NCBI GenBank assembly: GCA_947175145.1
Contig: CAMWLY010000001.1
Coordinates: 6,678 to 70,677 of the forward strand
DNA from: an uncultured Muribaculaceae bacterium
Lineage (GTDB): Bacteria > Bacteroidota > Bacteroidia > Bacteroidales > Muribaculaceae
Length of the DNA stretch: 64,000 nucleotides
Direction: 5' to 3'
Part shown: in pieces, positions 8,663 to 16,893 of the stretch
Layout: each line of letters starts with the position of its first letter
Numbering within the stretch: position 1 is the first letter of the stretch
Notes under the pieces: generated by a model
What the model was told of the DNA's origin: nothing
The model's database searches: none
Seen by the model: the letters and a program-made list of their open reading frames with translations, nothing else
Translations under genes and position numbers: made by a program

Positions 8663-10939
8663 ATGAAAGATACAAAGGCTTTTTCAGCCGTAGTGCTGAT
8701 GGTGGTATTATTGGCTTCTTTATTTTCCATCAGGTTGTTTGCTCAGGAGCCGGCTGTAAATCAGCCGACCGAACTGACCGAGGAGCAGGCCGACAGCATC
8801 GCATCGCTATATGATGAGCTTGATGAATTGGTAATCACTGCCAAAAAAGAGGCGGTGACTTATGATGGTGCCAAACTTACTTATGATATGGAACAGGATA
8901 ATTCCACTAAAGGAAGTACCATGCTCGATGTGCTTCGCAAGGTTCCGATGGTAAGTGTCGATGGTGATGACAATATATATATCAAGGGTTCTAAAAATTT
9001 CAAGATATATGTAAATGGTCGCGAGGAACCAATGCTTACCGCCAATGCTTCTACAGTATTGAAAGCTATGCCGGCCGATGCCGCTGCCAAGATAGAGGTA
9101 ATCACCGAGCCGGGTGCCAAATATGACGCCGAGGGTGTGGGTGGTATACTCAATATAGTAACAGAAAGAAAACAGTCGAAAAACGGTTATACCGGATCAC
9201 TGACCGGCAATATGAGCAACCGCAATGCAGGTGGTTCGGGATACCTTCGTTTCAAGCAGGATAAGGTAACCGCCGATTTCAGTGTCAACGGAAGTTCCTC
9301 TATCTTCGGAGGTCATCAGTCTGTGCAATCGGCCACCTCTATAAGCAAAGTGTCCGACACCGATTGGAAGCAGTTAGCCGAGATGACACAGCAGGTTCAA
9401 TTCGGATATATCGACGGTAAATTTAATTTGAGTTATGAAGCCACAGATCGCGATTTGTTTACCGTTGGTGCCGGAATAACCTCCTTCAATGGCGGTGTGG
9501 ATAAACTTGATTCCAAGGTATCGATGTATAGCAGGGCCGGTGACCTGCAATGGTCATACCGTCAATTGGTGGATAATGGTAATATGACCAATCTAAGTGC
9601 CAATGGTCAGGCATCATATAAGCATACATTTGATGATGCCGGTCAGTCGCTTGCCGCCGCATACTCATTCAATTTTGGTAAATCGGGACTCGACCTGGAT
9701 TATAAGAATAGCTGGACCGAGGGTTATATAGGTGTTATGCTTCCATATCAGCATAACAAAAATATGAATTATACCCGCCAGCACACCGCAACTCTCGATT
9801 ATACCAACCCGTTCAAGTCAGCCAAACACATTCTCGACATCGGAGCCAAAGGAATATTTCGTCTGAATGGCGCTGATTCAAGACAATCGGTGGGTATGAC
9901 CGCTGATATGCTTGATCCGTTGCAGATATCACTGACCCGGCAGATTCAGAATGTATATGCCGGATATGCCACTTATACCGGAAAATATGGAGCGGTATCA
10001 CTGACAGCAGGCTTGCGCTACGAACACACCTATATGGGGCTCGACTTCTTGCGCGGTAGCGATATACCTGATTTCCGCAGACATCTCAATGACTGGGTAC
10101 CCAATGCAGCTCTGAGTTATTCATTCGGACCTGTATCCAATCTGCGACTTGCTTATCAGATGAGAATCTCGCGACCCGGCATCGAACAGATGAATCCATT
10201 CCAGTTCAGAATGATGGAATTTTTTGTGACACAAGGTAATCCTGACCTCGAATCGGAAAAATATCACAATATCACACTTACTTTTTCCAAATATGATCGT
10301 AAAATCGGAGGAAGCATCACTCTCGATCTGTCGCAATCCAACAACACCATAGAATCTTACCACTACTGGATTGGAAATGTAGAATATCAGACTTATGGTA
10401 ATATCGGTAGAAAAAGCAGTGCCGGATTACAAGGCTTTATAACCTATAATCCAACTCAGAACATGAATTTCAATGTGAGTGGAAATGTAAATTACAATTA
10501 TTTGCGCAGTCCGGCTCATAAATTGACCAATCATGCCTGGGTAGGGGGATACAATGTGTCATGGAACTACTCTATGCCCCATCAGTTCAGCACAAGTGTC
10601 TATGGTGGTCAGAACACCGGCGACATCACATTGCAGGGGCGTTGGCATGGCTACTATTACTATGGTCTGAGCCTTTCCAAAGGTTTTTTGGCAGAGAAAG
10701 CGCTTACCGTGACACTCAATGCCAACAACTTCCTGTCGAAATATATGAGATACAAGTCAGAAAATTTCACAGAAACTCATAACTCATGGTCGCGCACCCG
10801 GGCAAACAACTGGAATGTCGGTGTGACTGTAAGTTGGAAATTCGGTCATCTTAAAGATAAGGTAAAGCAGACCGGTGCTTCGCTTGAAAATACTGATATA
10901 AGCAGTAAAAAGCAATCCGGTTCGGGCGGAATAATGTAA
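8663..10939 (+). CDS. Outer-membrane beta-barrel protein with plug-like N-terminal domain (TonB-dependent-receptor-like)
   Basis: 758 aa. Signal peptide. Plug-like segment DVLRKVPMVSVDGDDNIYIKGS...IEVITEPGAKYDAEGVGGILNIVT. Alternating beta-strand pattern through the C-terminal region. Confidence 0.8.
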   Translation: MKDTKAFSAVVLMVVLLASLFSIRLFAQEPAVNQPTELTEEQADSIASLYDELDELVITAKKEAVTYDGAKLTYDMEQDNSTKGSTMLDVLRKVPMVSVDGDDNIYIKGSKNFKIYVNGREEPMLTANASTVLKAMPADAAAKIEVITEPGAKYDAEGVGGILNIVTERKQSKNGYTGSLTGNMSNRNAGGSGYLRFKQDKVTADFSVNGSSSIFGGHQSVQSATSISKVSDTDWKQLAEMTQQVQFGYIDGKFNLSYEATDRDLFTVGAGITSFNGGVDKLDSKVSMYSRAGDLQWSYRQLVDNGNMTNLSANGQASYKHTFDDAGQSLAAAYSFNFGKSGLDLDYKNSWTEGYIGVMLPYQHNKNMNYTRQHTATLDYTNPFKSAKHILDIGAKGIFRLNGADSRQSVGMTADMLDPLQISLTRQIQNVYAGYATYTGKYGAVSLTAGLRYEHTYMGLDFLRGSDIPDFRRHLNDWVPNAALSYSFGPVSNLRLAYQMRISRPGIEQMNPFQFRMMEFFVTQGNPDLESEKYHNITLTFSKYDRKIGGSITLDLSQSNNTIESYHYWIGNVEYQTYGNIGRKSSAGLQGFITYNPTQNMNFNVSGNVNYNYLRSPAHKLTNHAWVGGYNVSWNYSMPHQFSTSVYGGQNTGDITLQGRWHGYYYYGLSLSKGFLAEKALTVTLNANNFLSKYMRYKSENFTETHNSWSRTRANNWNVGVTVSWKFGHLKDKVKQTGASLENTDISSKKQSGSGGIM

Positions 10940-10963
10940 TAGAGATAACTTACTTGAATAAAA

Positions 10964-11001
10964 ATTCCTCTGATAATTGCAGATGCAATCTTCAGAGGAA
11001 T
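10964..11001. terminator. Bidirectional Rho-independent terminator between convergent genes
   Basis: ATTCCTCTGA (10964-10973) pairs with TCAGAGGAAT (10992-11001). A-run upstream and T-run downstream. Confidence 0.7.
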
Positions 11002-11021
11002 TTATTTATATGGATATTAAT

Positions 11022-11990
11022 TTAGAATTCGAGTCCGGCGGATTCTACCAGTTTTTTATCCTCGGCGAGAGTGGAACCGACAGTGGTGAGTAAATCTCCG
11101 ACCACACCGCCATTCATTCCGATTTTGATAGCTTTGAGTTGAGTATCGGGTTTCAGCAGAGCTCTGCCGCCTGCAAACCGGAGAGTGGTTTTGGGGTGTA
11201 TGAATCTGAATAGAGCGACAGCATCTAAAAACTCTTCATCGGTGATAGGTGCAGCTTTTTCAAGCGGTGTACCCTCGATAGGACATAGCAGATTGATAGG
11301 AATTGAATGAGGTTTAACCCTGCGGAGTTCAAGTGCAAGCCCGACACGCTGACGCGGTGTTTCACCCATACCGATAATTCCGCCCGAACAAACCTCCATG
11401 CCAAGTTCGCGTGCAAAATTTATGGTGCGGATTTTATCTTCGACAGTGTGGGTGGTGCAGAGTGTGCTGAAATAATCGGGAGCAGCTTCAAGATTACAGT
11501 GATAGCGGCGCACACCGGCATCATAAAGCTTTTGCAGTTCCTCCTTATCAAGCAGACCCATCGAGGCGCAGAGTTCTATTCCCCCCTCTTGAGCGAGTTC
11601 GCGGTAATAAGAGCATGCCTTGTCAAGGTCGGCACCTTCCATCTTGCGCCCTGAAGTTACCAAGGAGAATCGGCGCACACCACCATTGCGGTTGGCATCG
11701 GCGTGTCTTTTGCATTCCTCTCTCGAAATCAGAGGATACACACTAACTTTGGTATTGAAATGCTTGGATTGGGCGCACCATTTGCAATTTTCGGAGCATT
11801 TTCCGGAGCGCGCGTTGACTATGGAGCAGGAGTCGAATACCGGGGGGCAGAAGGCGGCTGTGATTTCAGCTGCCGCTTCATATAAATCCGCTCTGTTTTC
11901 TGCAGCAATATCGCAAAGCTGAAGGGCCTCATCGGCGGTAATATCGCCTCCATTCAGGATTCTCTCCTTAAGATTTGTTATTAAGCTCAT
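11022..11990 (-). CDS. bioB: Biotin synthase (radical SAM)
   Basis: 322 aa. CSENCKWCAQ (CxxxCxxC), FSLVTSGR and the overall BioB layout. Confidence 0.95.
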   Translation of the reverse strand: MSLITNLKERILNGGDITADEALQLCDIAAENRADLYEAAAEITAAFCPPVFDSCSIVNARSGKCSENCKWCAQSKHFNTKVSVYPLISREECKRHADANRNGGVRRFSLVTSGRKMEGADLDKACSYYRELAQEGGIELCASMGLLDKEELQKLYDAGVRRYHCNLEAAPDYFSTLCTTHTVEDKIRTINFARELGMEVCSGGIIGMGETPRQRVGLALELRRVKPHSIPINLLCPIEGTPLEKAAPITDEEFLDAVALFRFIHPKTTLRFAGGRALLKPDTQLKAIKIGMNGGVVGDLLTTVGSTLAEDKKLVESAGLEF

Positions 11991-12060
11991 GATGTGTAAT
12001 GTTTCGTTGTAAAGTGAAATCCGGTATTATGGTGAAATTAACCGTATTCAAGAAGCAATA

Positions 12061-12092
12061 CAAAGTTAAATTCTTTAAGGCGAAAATGCAAA
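12061..12092 (-). promoter_or_regulatory. Predicted bioB promoter (Bacteroidetes -33/-7 type)
   Basis: On the minus strand: TTTG (12092-12089), exact 20-nt spacer, TAACTTTG (12068-12061). About 70 nt upstream of the bioB ATG. Confidence 0.55.
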
Positions 12093-12096
12093 GGGT

Positions 12097-12170
12097 GGGG
12101 GAAGCTGGTCTCCACGACTGGCCTCCCCCGGATGATTGACCCTCAGCGCGGGGTGCGCCCCGGGTCAATC
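12097..12170 (-). ncRNA. Isolated GC-rich double hairpin (candidate small structured RNA or protein-binding element; family unknown)
   Basis: Hairpin A: GATTGACCC (12134-12142) pairs with GGGTCAATC (12162-12170), enclosing GGGG-N4-CCCC. Hairpin B spans 12097-12129. On the minus strand hairpin B pairs GGGGGAGG with CUUCCCCC (one G-U). On the plus strand the same position is an A-C mismatch. Confidence 0.3.
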
Positions 12171-12638
12171 GGAATCGAATTAAAATAAACCTCTCTTTTG
12201 AATATTTACCAAATACCAATTCACTGAATCATTTAGACCGAACTTTATCTATGGTCTTAAAAGATGAGGACCCTTTAATTCAAATAAACAACAACGTAAT
12301 CAATTTATGATTGACTTGCTACCAAGTGGTAATATACCACCGGGTATTAATGAATTTCGGTGACTATAAAGTACCGACACCGCCATTATGATGGTAATTA
12401 AACATTGATTTAATCAATGCCGTCGGCTTTTCTTTATTGTCTTATAGTTGCAAAAATAGATAAAAAAATTTAAGATGCAAACAATTTGATTAAAAAAATC
12501 AAAAAAAATTAAGGTTGGTCAATTCATCGGATTTTGCAAACAATGCACTGGGCTTGGAGATGCTATACATTTTGCATAATAATAAAGCGATATAGTTATT
12601 GAGGAGTATGAGCTTTGTATCTTTATGCTAAAAAAATT

Positions 12639-13883
12639 ATGAGGATACGTATAGAACTGACAGATGAAAATAGAGTGGTTGAAAGCATGCTTCTAAGCGG
12701 ACAATTTGAAAATAAAGATAAAAATTCAGAGCAGATTGCCATTGGTGTCCGGAGTATGCCGCAGCCTGAAGTGCGCATCACTGATATAATTCCCCAAAAT
12801 TATAAATCAGACTATTATGATATGCCGGTGACCACGGTCGATGTCACATATACCGATGCTGACAAGTCTGCCGTCAGCGAATGGCTCAAAGGTGGCGGTG
12901 CCTCTGTGCAGGTTGGTTCCACCTCTGTGCAGCGCATGACCTCAGCGGTGATAGGAGCAGCTGAGGAATATTATGACAGCACAGCCAGACTCGGAATATT
13001 TACCCGGCCTTTTCAGATATGTCTCGCTTTGCGATTAAATGATGGTAAAGTGACAGCGCGTAGCAAACCGCTGCTTCTTAAAGGGGAGTCGATAGCACCA
13101 CTTATGAAAATACGCAATTATACGCTGCGGGATAATCTGCTTCACACCATTACCGAGATAGACAATACTCCTCAGAAAATAGAAATTAAAATACCTGAAT
13201 TTCAAATTCCGGAGGAATTGAGCCGGCAGGTAGAAAGAGTATTGGTCGGAATAACACGTCAGTTTGACCCATGGAGCGGATATGAGTCAGTGACCGGAAT
13301 CAGGCAGTTATCGGAGGCTTCGGGTAATAAGATACCATATTGGTTTTATCAGCGGCTTGATATCAATCAGGTTATGGCCGGGGCTACGGCCGATACCGAT
13401 TTCAGGATAATTGCCGACTATGCTTTGGAAGATAAGTCATGGCATCCACTTGCCGAGGAGGGGAAGATAGATTTGACTCGAATAGACAAGTTCCCCAAGT
13501 TGCCGGCAGACAGTAATCCGGAAAGCGGAGAGAATCCCGAAAGACCCGATTTGCCCGGCTATGATGATACAAAACTTGTAAGGCTTATTACCGAGCCACT
13601 TGACTTAGGTTATCCTGAGCATAGGAAGCATGTATCGGCATTGACGGTACGCGGCATCTTCGAGCGTGAGAATTGGGAAAGAATGCCGGTGGTCACACTC
13701 TGGGGGAGTGCGCACCGCGACCGGTGGCACAAGGTGGCGCAGACCCGGGGCTGGGAGTTGAGCATGTTGAGAAGCGCAGCCTTCAGATGGTGGCGTGTCG
13801 AGATTCTGGCTTACGGCACCTCCCGGTTTGATGCATTGGTATTTAAGTTAGCGCTTACCAAGCAAAATGAAGCGTGGTTTTGA
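12639..13883 (+). CDS. Hypothetical protein, no recognisable domain
   Basis: Long ORF. I prefer the ATG at 12639 (MRIRIELTDENR...) over the TTG at 12615. No signal peptide or TM segment and no motif I recognise. Confidence 0.65.
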   Translation: MRIRIELTDENRVVESMLLSGQFENKDKNSEQIAIGVRSMPQPEVRITDIIPQNYKSDYYDMPVTTVDVTYTDADKSAVSEWLKGGGASVQVGSTSVQRMTSAVIGAAEEYYDSTARLGIFTRPFQICLALRLNDGKVTARSKPLLLKGESIAPLMKIRNYTLRDNLLHTITEIDNTPQKIEIKIPEFQIPEELSRQVERVLVGITRQFDPWSGYESVTGIRQLSEASGNKIPYWFYQRLDINQVMAGATADTDFRIIADYALEDKSWHPLAEEGKIDLTRIDKFPKLPADSNPESGENPERPDLPGYDDTKLVRLITEPLDLGYPEHRKHVSALTVRGIFERENWERMPVVTLWGSAHRDRWHKVAQTRGWELSMLRSAAFRWWRVEILAYGTSRFDALVFKLALTKQNEAWF

Positions 13884-13906
13884 GATTTCCGGGAATTGGA
13901 ATTACT

Positions 13907-13938
13907 GTTGGGGAAATGGGTAATTTTTAGTAATTTTG
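13907..13938 (+). promoter_or_regulatory. Predicted promoter of the 5-alpha-reductase/OYE/SDR operon
   Basis: -33-like GTTG at 13907-13910, 20-nt spacer, -7 TAATTTTG at 13931-13938. It lies inside the TTG-extended ORF, which argues for the ATG at 13993 as the true start. Confidence 0.55.
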
Positions 13939-13992
13939 CAGATTAGGGTACTTGAAAAGGTAGCCCCAAACCCAAATTCGACAATAGCAACA

Positions 13993-14769
13993 ATGAATAT
14001 ATTTGAACCTGATTTTTACTACAGTGTAATAGCTGTGATGCTATGTATCGCTGTAGCCGTGTATATAGGACTTGGGAAAATCACAGCCGGTTATGGCATG
14101 ATGTATACCAAGTCGTGGGGAGCTTCGATACCGAATCGCATAGGTTGGGTGGTCATGGAGGCTCCCGCTTTTATTGCCATGTTGCTGCTTTGGGTATTGA
14201 GTCCGCGAGCCGGGCAGATAGCACCTGCCATTATGGCCGCGCTCTTTGAAGTGCATTATTTCCAGAGGTCTTTTATATTCCCCCTGCTAATCAGGGGAAA
14301 AAACCGTATGCCCTGGAGCATAATCCTTATGGGAGTGGTATTTAATACTATCAATGCCTACATGATAGGAGGGTGGTTATTTTGGGTTTCGCCGGCCGAT
14401 ACCTATCCGGTATCATGGTTATGGAGTCCGCTGTTTATACTCGGAGCAGTAGTGTTTCTGACCGGAATGCTGATAAATCTTCATTCGGATTATATCATAA
14501 GACACCTTCGCAAACCGGGCGATACGGCTCACTATATACCGCGTGGAGGCATGTATAATTATGTGACCTCTGCCAATTATTTCGGAGAACTGACCGAGTG
14601 GACAGGATATGCTATACTCACATGGAGTCTTGGAGGACTTGCTTTTGTGATATGGACATTTGCCAATCTGGCACCCCGCGCGGTTAAGATTCATCACAGA
14701 TATGTAAGCGAATTTGGAGCTGAATATACCAAACTGAATCGCAAGTATCTGATACCCTTTATATATTGA
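13993..14769 (+). CDS. 3-oxo-5-alpha-steroid 4-dehydrogenase (SRD5A / steroid 5-alpha-reductase) family membrane protein
   Basis: Multi-TM protein. C-terminal family signature HSDYIIRHLRKPGDTAHYIPRGGMYNYVTSANYFGELTEWTGYA. Confidence 0.85.
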   Translation: MNIFEPDFYYSVIAVMLCIAVAVYIGLGKITAGYGMMYTKSWGASIPNRIGWVVMEAPAFIAMLLLWVLSPRAGQIAPAIMAALFEVHYFQRSFIFPLLIRGKNRMPWSIILMGVVFNTINAYMIGGWLFWVSPADTYPVSWLWSPLFILGAVVFLTGMLINLHSDYIIRHLRKPGDTAHYIPRGGMYNYVTSANYFGELTEWTGYAILTWSLGGLAFVIWTFANLAPRAVKIHHRYVSEFGAEYTKLNRKYLIPFIY

Positions 14770-14781
14770 TGACAGATAGCT

Positions 14782-16041
14782 ATGGAAGCAGAAAATAAGA
14801 ATAGGGAGAAGCTTTTTACTCCCGGGCGTATCGGTCCTGTGGAATTGCGCAACCGCACGATCAGGTCTGCAGCCTTTGAGGGCATGGGGCGTGACAATGG
14901 TCCGACCGAGATGCTTCGCGACTATCATTTGTCGGTGGCTCGGGGAGGTGTCGGCATGACCACTCTGGCTTATGCCGGGGTCTGCCGGTCGGCATTAAGT
15001 TTTGAGACACAACTATGGCTCAGACCGGAAATAGTGCCCTCACTTCGAGAAATTACCGATGGCATACATGCTGCCGGTGCCAAGGCATCGATACAATTGG
15101 GTCACTGCGGAAATATGACTCATCGGCGCACAGCCGGGTGTCTGCCTGTGGGAGCAAGCGGTGGATTCAACTTATATTCCCCGACATTCTGTCGCGGATT
15201 GCGTGCTGACGAACTCAAGGAGATTGCGCGCTGCTTCGGTGATGCGGTTCGCACTGCCCGCGATGCAGGCTTCGATTGTGTCGAAGTTCATGCCGGTCAT
15301 GGCTACCTTATATCTCAATTTCTATCTCCATATACAAATCACCGTCGCGACGAATTCGGCGGTTCGCTTGAGAATAGAATGAAGTTCATGAACATGTGTC
15401 TGGAGGAATCACTCAAGGCTGCCGGCAGCGATATGGGTGTGATTGTAAAGACCAACATGCGCGATGGCTTCAAAGGTGGACTTGAAATAGATGATTGCCT
15501 CAAGGTTGCCAGGGAGATAGAGCGTGCCGGAGTGCATGGCATGGTGCTTTCAGGGGGATTTGTGAGCAAAGCCCCGATGTATGTGATGCGTGGAGAAATG
15601 CCGATATACTCCATGACTCACTATATGAAGCAATGGTGGCTGAAGTTGGGAGTGCGAATGGTAGGCAAGATGATGATTCCCCCCGTCGATTTCAAACCGC
15701 TATATTTCCTCGACGATGCCCGCAGATTCAGAGCTGAACTCAAGCTTCCGCTGATTTATGTAGGCGGTGTAGTGGATCGCGCCGGAGCCGACCTGGTGCT
15801 CGATGATGAGGGATTTGACTTTGTGCAGATGGGGAGAGCCCTGCTTAATGAGCCGGACTTTGTGAACCGTATGCGCGATGCCGGCGAAGAAAATCACCGC
15901 TGCGGGTGCGACCATGTGAATTACTGTATAGCCCGCATGTATTCCCGAGAGATGGCTTGCCACAAGCATTGTGCAGATTTGCCCGCCGGTGTAATTAAGG
16001 AGATAGAGAAAATCAATAAGAGAAATGGCATCTGTTCTTGA
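14782..16041 (+). CDS. NADH:flavin oxidoreductase, Old Yellow Enzyme family, with C-terminal Cys cluster
   Basis: 419 aa. HAGHGYLISQFLSPYTNHRRDEFGGSLENRMKF and QLGHCGN. Cys-rich tail HRCGCDHVNYCIARM...CHKHC resembles the Fe-S motif of 2,4-dienoyl-CoA-reductase/BaiCD-type enzymes. Confidence 0.9.
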   Translation: MEAENKNREKLFTPGRIGPVELRNRTIRSAAFEGMGRDNGPTEMLRDYHLSVARGGVGMTTLAYAGVCRSALSFETQLWLRPEIVPSLREITDGIHAAGAKASIQLGHCGNMTHRRTAGCLPVGASGGFNLYSPTFCRGLRADELKEIARCFGDAVRTARDAGFDCVEVHAGHGYLISQFLSPYTNHRRDEFGGSLENRMKFMNMCLEESLKAAGSDMGVIVKTNMRDGFKGGLEIDDCLKVAREIERAGVHGMVLSGGFVSKAPMYVMRGEMPIYSMTHYMKQWWLKLGVRMVGKMMIPPVDFKPLYFLDDARRFRAELKLPLIYVGGVVDRAGADLVLDDEGFDFVQMGRALLNEPDFVNRMRDAGEENHRCGCDHVNYCIARMYSREMACHKHCADLPAGVIKEIEKINKRNGICS

Positions 16042-16837
16042 CAAACTCAGAGGTAGGATGGCTCTTGTGACCGGGGCGAGCAGCGGCATAGGCCTGGAGT
16101 TCTGCCGCACATTGGCAGCGCATGGCTGTCGGCTTATCATGGTTTCAAATGAAGCCGATAAGCTGATGGAGTGTGCTACGCTGATTTCCAAGCAGACCGG
16201 GGTGGAGGCAGTCGCTTTATACAGCGATTTGACCCAGCCGGATGCCACAGGAAAAATACTCGACTTTTTGGACTCCAAGGGTTTGGAACCGGATATACTG
16301 ATTAATAATGCCGGAATATTCTCATTCAAGCCTGTGGTCGATACTCCGGTTGCCAAGATAGGAGCGTTTATAGATTTGCATGTGCGTGCTGTCACCGAAT
16401 TGTGCCGGGCATTCGCGCAGCGCATGGCGAGCCGAGGTACCGGCAATATTCTCAATATGTCATCTATGTCGTGCTGGATGCCGATGCCCGGACTGGCTAT
16501 GTATGCCTCGACCAAAGCATATATCAGGGTATTCAGCCGTTCGCTTCATTATGAGATGCGCGACAGCGGTGTCAGAGTCACAGTGGCATGTCCCGGTGGT
16601 ATAGCCACCGACCTGTTCGGTCTGCCTGAAAACCTGATGAAGTTGGCGGTCAATATCGGAGCGGTGCAGACACCGGAAAAATTCACAGAGCGGGCGCTAC
16701 GCGCCATGCTTAAAGGAAAGAAGCAATATATCAACGGTTTACTCAATAGAATATCGATCGTATTCGTAGGTATTCTGCCAACTTCGGTCAGAATGCTCAT
16801 CAAGCATAAGATGCTTGATAAAAACATAACTCGCTGA
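16025..16837 (+). CDS. Short-chain dehydrogenase/reductase (SDR); candidate hydroxysteroid dehydrogenase
   Basis: 270 aa. TGASSGIG cofactor motif, NNAG, catalytic YASTKAY (YxxxK). 17-nt overlap with the OYE gene. Confidence 0.9.
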   Translation: MASVLDKLRGRMALVTGASSGIGLEFCRTLAAHGCRLIMVSNEADKLMECATLISKQTGVEAVALYSDLTQPDATGKILDFLDSKGLEPDILINNAGIFSFKPVVDTPVAKIGAFIDLHVRAVTELCRAFAQRMASRGTGNILNMSSMSCWMPMPGLAMYASTKAYIRVFSRSLHYEMRDSGVRVTVACPGGIATDLFGLPENLMKLAVNIGAVQTPEKFTERALRAMLKGKKQYINGLLNRISIVFVGILPTSVRMLIKHKMLDKNITR

Positions 16838-16893
16838 CACAGCGTTTTGAATTTACATATAGTCGATTAAGGTTATAATAATATACTAAGGAG

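Noticed and set aside
11968-12219. 83-aa minus-strand ORF covering the GC-rich hairpin region upstream of bioB.
   Set aside because: It overlaps the bioB start and its predicted promoter. Its translation (…RGAPRAEGQSSGGGQSWRP…) simply reflects the GC-rich hairpins, so it has no coding plausibility.
12615-14000. TTG-extended starts reported by the ORF track for the orphan protein (12615) and the 5-alpha-reductase (13936), and the 24911 start for the radical SAM gene.
   Set aside because: In-frame ATGs lie shortly downstream (12639, 13993, 24950). For 13936 the predicted promoter lies inside the extension. For 24911 the extension overlaps mutS.
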